In this document: positions 60,001 to 64,000 of the stretch, one piece after another | How the letters are laid out: every line of letters starts with the position of its first letter | Numbering within the stretch: position 1 is the first letter of the stretch | Assembly (NCBI RefSeq): GCF_041146345.1 | Contig: NW_027191419.1 | Span: 496,001 to 560,000, forward strand | DNA: 64,000 nucleotides | DNA from: Neodothiora populina | Lineage: Eukaryota | Direction: 5' to 3' | The notes under the pieces: generated by a model | Databases searched by the model: none | What the model saw: the letters and a program-made list of their open reading frames with translations, nothing else | Told to the model about the DNA's origin: nothing | Translations under genes and position numbers: made by a program

Positions 60001-60987
60001 TGTTCTAGTTTCATGTACTTCACCTTGGCCGAAAATGTCAGCCCATGGCCCCACGCGCCAGAAACACGCTAGGTCGACCTTGAGCTAGCTGGCTATGTTC
60101 CAACTACCCGGCAACTCACCGAATGACAGTCAATCGAGTCCCACCTTAGAAACTCAGATCCTGATAGCTCAACTGATGCAGATTTGCGTCGCGGCTTATG
60201 GTCCAGCAAATACCGACAGATGATGCCAACACTAACGATGGTGAGATCGCAAGCCAAGGCTGTCGGGCTTGCATAGTAGTCTGTTTGATAATAAGATCGG
60301 CGCTTCACTTCATGCGCGAAATGTGGAACGTTGGGACTGGCAGGGGCTCTGAACTAAGGTTGGACCGTTGGAGCGGTTGCGTCTTCCGGGGCTGGCGCAA
60401 TCGACAAGCCCCAGCCCAACTTAATTTGCATCTTGAGAATCACTATCACAGCCCAAAATTCACATCCTCCATTTCACGGGAGCGCTCCATGTGCTACTAG
60501 CCATGTGGGACCCGCTGAGCCTATGCTCTGGGTATTCAACCCGTATCATCTCAAGCGCTCGAAGGTCTCTAGCAATGTAGTACAATCCCGATATGAAGAT
60601 TTCAAAGCAGCCGAATGCGATTGATGGAGACATCCAAAAGGACTCACTGATGGTGCAAGGTGGAAAGGACATATCACAACGCGATGCACGAATCATGGCT
60701 GCTGTCTAATGTATCGCTTGCGCTGCGTGGCGTGTTTCAAGTTGGACGTGCTTTTACCTTGCCTTAACTTGACACTCCGCACGTGGAGTGGAGCAGCGAC
60801 GACGCGTGCCGGAAACGCTTGTACTTCTAGTCTTCCAATACTTGTAATTGATTCGTCGTCCTCTGGGCCGCCTTTGCACAGAAGTGACAACACTGCGTAT
60901 TCGCGGTCGAGGTCTTTGGTCTTATATTACGATGGCTTGATAACTGATTACGGTACATGCGTACTGCAGGTCGCACGGACTACTCTT

Positions 60988-63900
60988 ATGCCTGGTCCTC
61001 ATCCTCGCAGCCATGCGATGCATCCCCGGCCGGGGGAGTATAAGGTCGAGCCGGGTCCTGATGTGGCGGACGATCTTGTGAGTAGTGCCCGTTTTCCTTT
61101 CTCTTGCTACCTGCCCGTCCTTCTTCCTCCACTACCTCTGATGTTCTGTCGTCAACCTTTTTATCCTTGTTAGTTCCAGCCGCATCTCCAAGCTCTCCCT
61201 GCACAACCGTTGCCCGTTGTCTCCACTGCAATTGGCTTTCGTGCATGTGCCAGACCTGGCATCGCATATCATTCAACTGCTCGCTACATGGTGAGGGCTT
61301 GTCCTTTTATTTTCCAATGTTTATCTAGTTCGCGCGACTATTAGACGACCCTTATTTGCTCTTCCATGCTTGCACTGCGCTTGCGCTTCCTTGTCTTCAG
61401 AAATAATATCAGTTCCTAGTGTTCTCCACACTGTTCGCATTATCTGTCTAGCCTCAAGAGCAATAGCACACACAGCTATCTTTCTCTTTCGTTGGCTGGA
61501 TCTGCAAACTTCATAACTCTTTAATCCTTGCACTTGAACTCGATATTCGTGTATGTTCTCCTGCAAGCCCCTTCCCATATATCCACTGGGACAAGATGCG
61601 ACCAGTCCCCAATGATGCCTCCACCTTTCCTCGTTTGTCTACTATCTGCTCACCATCATCGAGCATGATCTGCAAAGCACTGCAGTCATGGCTGCACTCG
61701 AGTGGCTCGCTCATGCAAAGATCATCTCGTTGATTCTACTACAGCCTGCGATCTTCACCACTACCTATGCATCTATTTAGATATAATGTTACGGATCGGA
61801 CTGACATTGTCTGAACAGCATAACATAAAACGGAGCAGTCAGTCAGGCGCCTCCCCCTCACAAGCGGTCATACAAGAACAGCCCGGAGCCTTTTACCAGC
61901 ATCTTGCGGACTCTCCCCGAGAGCCCCATCTGCCTCCTCCCTTGGCAGCAAATATCTCTGCCCCAAACCCACAACCTAGCCGAGAGGTGCCAACGACCCC
62001 AAGAAGCACTGTGTTCCCAGGCACGGAGGCTTCGATAGTCAACCAACCTCTATCAGATCCTCGCTATCCGGGGCAGTCTATAGCGTATCAAACTTCTCAA
62101 GATATTGCAGGAGGTTACACTTCCGGTATGTACCAACTCTGGCCGCAGGCTCTTCTTACTGGCATGTGGCCAAGCTAGTCTAAATGTTCAAGCATCTGAC
62201 GAGAATGCAGCCCAACCAGGTCAAATGGCAGTCCAAGCAGCTCGACACATATATCCACCCATCGGGAGTTACCATCCTCCTCAATCTAATTCACCAGTAG
62301 CGCTTCATGCCTCACAACACGACGCTCACAACCGGGGAATGTACGGTCAAGGCTTCGGCTTCCATCAACAAGTCTTTTTCCCTCAATCGCAATATAGTCT
62401 ACCACAGCAGGCACAATATGGAGCCCATGCGCAGCCACAGCATTATCCGACGGTAACTACGGCTGACTCGAATATCCTTTTGTCACAGCAACATGCTGTA
62501 CCGATGTCTCACGCAATACCATCTAGCCCTCGCCTCAAGATGGAACAAGCTGGTCTGCCACGTTCCTCAGGAAGCATGGGAATGAACCATGGACAGTCAG
62601 TCTCCCACGGTGGTTCGCCTCCAAACATGGCTTCTGCGAACGGACCAACGCCGAGCGCTGCTCCAGGCCCTATTCCGGCAACGACCCCTCTTGTTGTCCG
62701 GCAAGACCAGAATGGTGTTCAGTGGATCGCTTTCGAGTACTCTCGAGATCGAGTAAAGATGGAATATACCATCAGATGTGATGTCGAATCTGTAAACATT
62801 GATGAATTGGGTCAAGATTTCAAATCCGCAAACTGTGTGTATCCGCGTGCATGTGGTGGCAAAGACCAGTACAAGGGCAACCGGCTGCACTATGAAAGCG
62901 AATGTAACGCAGTGGGATGGGCTCTGGCCGAGCTCAATCCCGTACTCAGAGAAAAACGTGGACTCATCCAGCGAGCGGTCGACAGCTGGCGCAATAGCAA
63001 CCAAGACCCAAGACTTCGCAGTAGGCGCGTCAGGCGTCAGGCCAAAATAAGCACCCGCAAGGCTCACGTGGGTCAGCCTTCCTCTCAGATGTCTGGACAT
63101 CCAGGCATGAGCAATTCGGCGTCTGGGAATATGAGCGCAATGCATATCCCGCCACAAATGGGTGTGCCTGCTGGGCGGCTGCATCATCACCATTCTAGCT
63201 CAGAAGGTCCATTAGCGAGTGGAAATGAGGATGTGAGCGGTATGTTCCATATGTGATTGACGAAGTATGCAAAATTCTGCTTTCCTGGGTCGGCCCATAG
63301 ACTTCGCTCTTGATGAGCATGTTGGACATGGCGGATATCTGCGTTTCCGTACAAGTGTACACTACTCGAGGGTCATTGCTGGGCACTTTCACCTTGGTTT
63401 TTTACTTTCTCACTTATGTTTACTTGGATACCTTCTGATGTTGTCCCGAGGCTAATGTTCTATTTGGTTTTCATATAGCCGAAATTGGAGTCAATTCTTC
63501 CGTATCGCACCATCCCACCAGACTTAGTAGCCAGTCTCTCTCCCCCACCAACATTCGCCAGACTCCCCTGAATTTCCCCAATTATACCCTGCATCCAGGT
63601 CTTCCTAGTACCGACACACTGAATGTACATGGTGCAATTGACTCACACTCGTCGACTGTTACTCCAACATCCTCTTGGATCAAAGAAGAAGACGAAGACA
63701 AGAAAGCTGCCTTGTTTGGCGACATGCCTCGAGGCAAGAGACGGAAATTCATCCTGGTAGACGACCACTCCCGGGGCACCCGGGTCAGGGTTCGTGTGCT
63801 TCTAGACACCGTCAAGATGGAAGAGATGCCAGATTCCCACCTACGAACAAATTCCGTATTCCCGAGGTCATACTATCCTCGCCAGATGCATTCTCCGCCC

Positions 63901-64000
63901 AACTCTCCTGGACATCCCGGCAACTGGGATGACTGTGAGAGCGAAGACGAGCAAGCGGTCGCATGCGCGCCCGATAAAGCCAGGAATCTGGTATATGTTC
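60988..64000 (+). CDS. Q/H/P-rich fungal protein with two conserved-looking domains (DUF8032-like), 3' end outside window; exons 60988-61077, 61819-62125, 62211-63239, 63479->64000
   Basis: Conserved-looking block PGPIPATTPLVVRQDQNGVQWIAFEYSRDRVKMEYTIRCDVE..NCVYPRA..GWALAELNP..RGLIQRAVDSWRN. Second block RKFILVDD..RVRVRV.LD.V..EMPDS..NSVFPRS in the last exon. Splice phases are consistent; the first exon is less certain. Confidence 0.8.

Noticed and set aside
55639..60900. Many 60-130 aa ORFs in the long intergenic region
   Set aside because: No motifs, no codon bias and no consistent splice models.

Overview
This window is gene-dense, intron-containing DNA from a filamentous ascomycete (Pezizomycotina; HEX1 is present; probably Dothideomycete-like). 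Introns are mostly GT-AG with CTRAC/CTAAC-type branch points. I support 20 protein-coding genes: TOP1 (5' end outside the window), a DUF1769 protein, an LRR-like hypothetical, a giant secreted CE1-type esterase/PAN/mucin-like protein (~1874 aa, 6 exons), HEX1, a Tgl1-like lipase, PET191/COA5, an F-box protein, SNO1/PDX2, CBP20, NUP82, an arylamine N-acetyltransferase, CTI6, a catalase, a divergent IVD-MCCB leucine-catabolism pair, RSR1, EMC1, an SDR, an R/D/E-rich protein and a Q/H/P-rich putative regulator (3' end outside the window). I recognised no tRNA, rRNA, CRISPR array or intact transposon. The most striking signal is at HEX1. About 940 nt of inferred spliced leader/ORF has no AUG in any frame, yet it holds a ~230-codon in-frame extension bounded by TAG-TAA. 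This fits CUG initiation followed by leaky scanning to two downstream AUGs, giving three nested isoforms that all end in the peroxisomal signal SRL.
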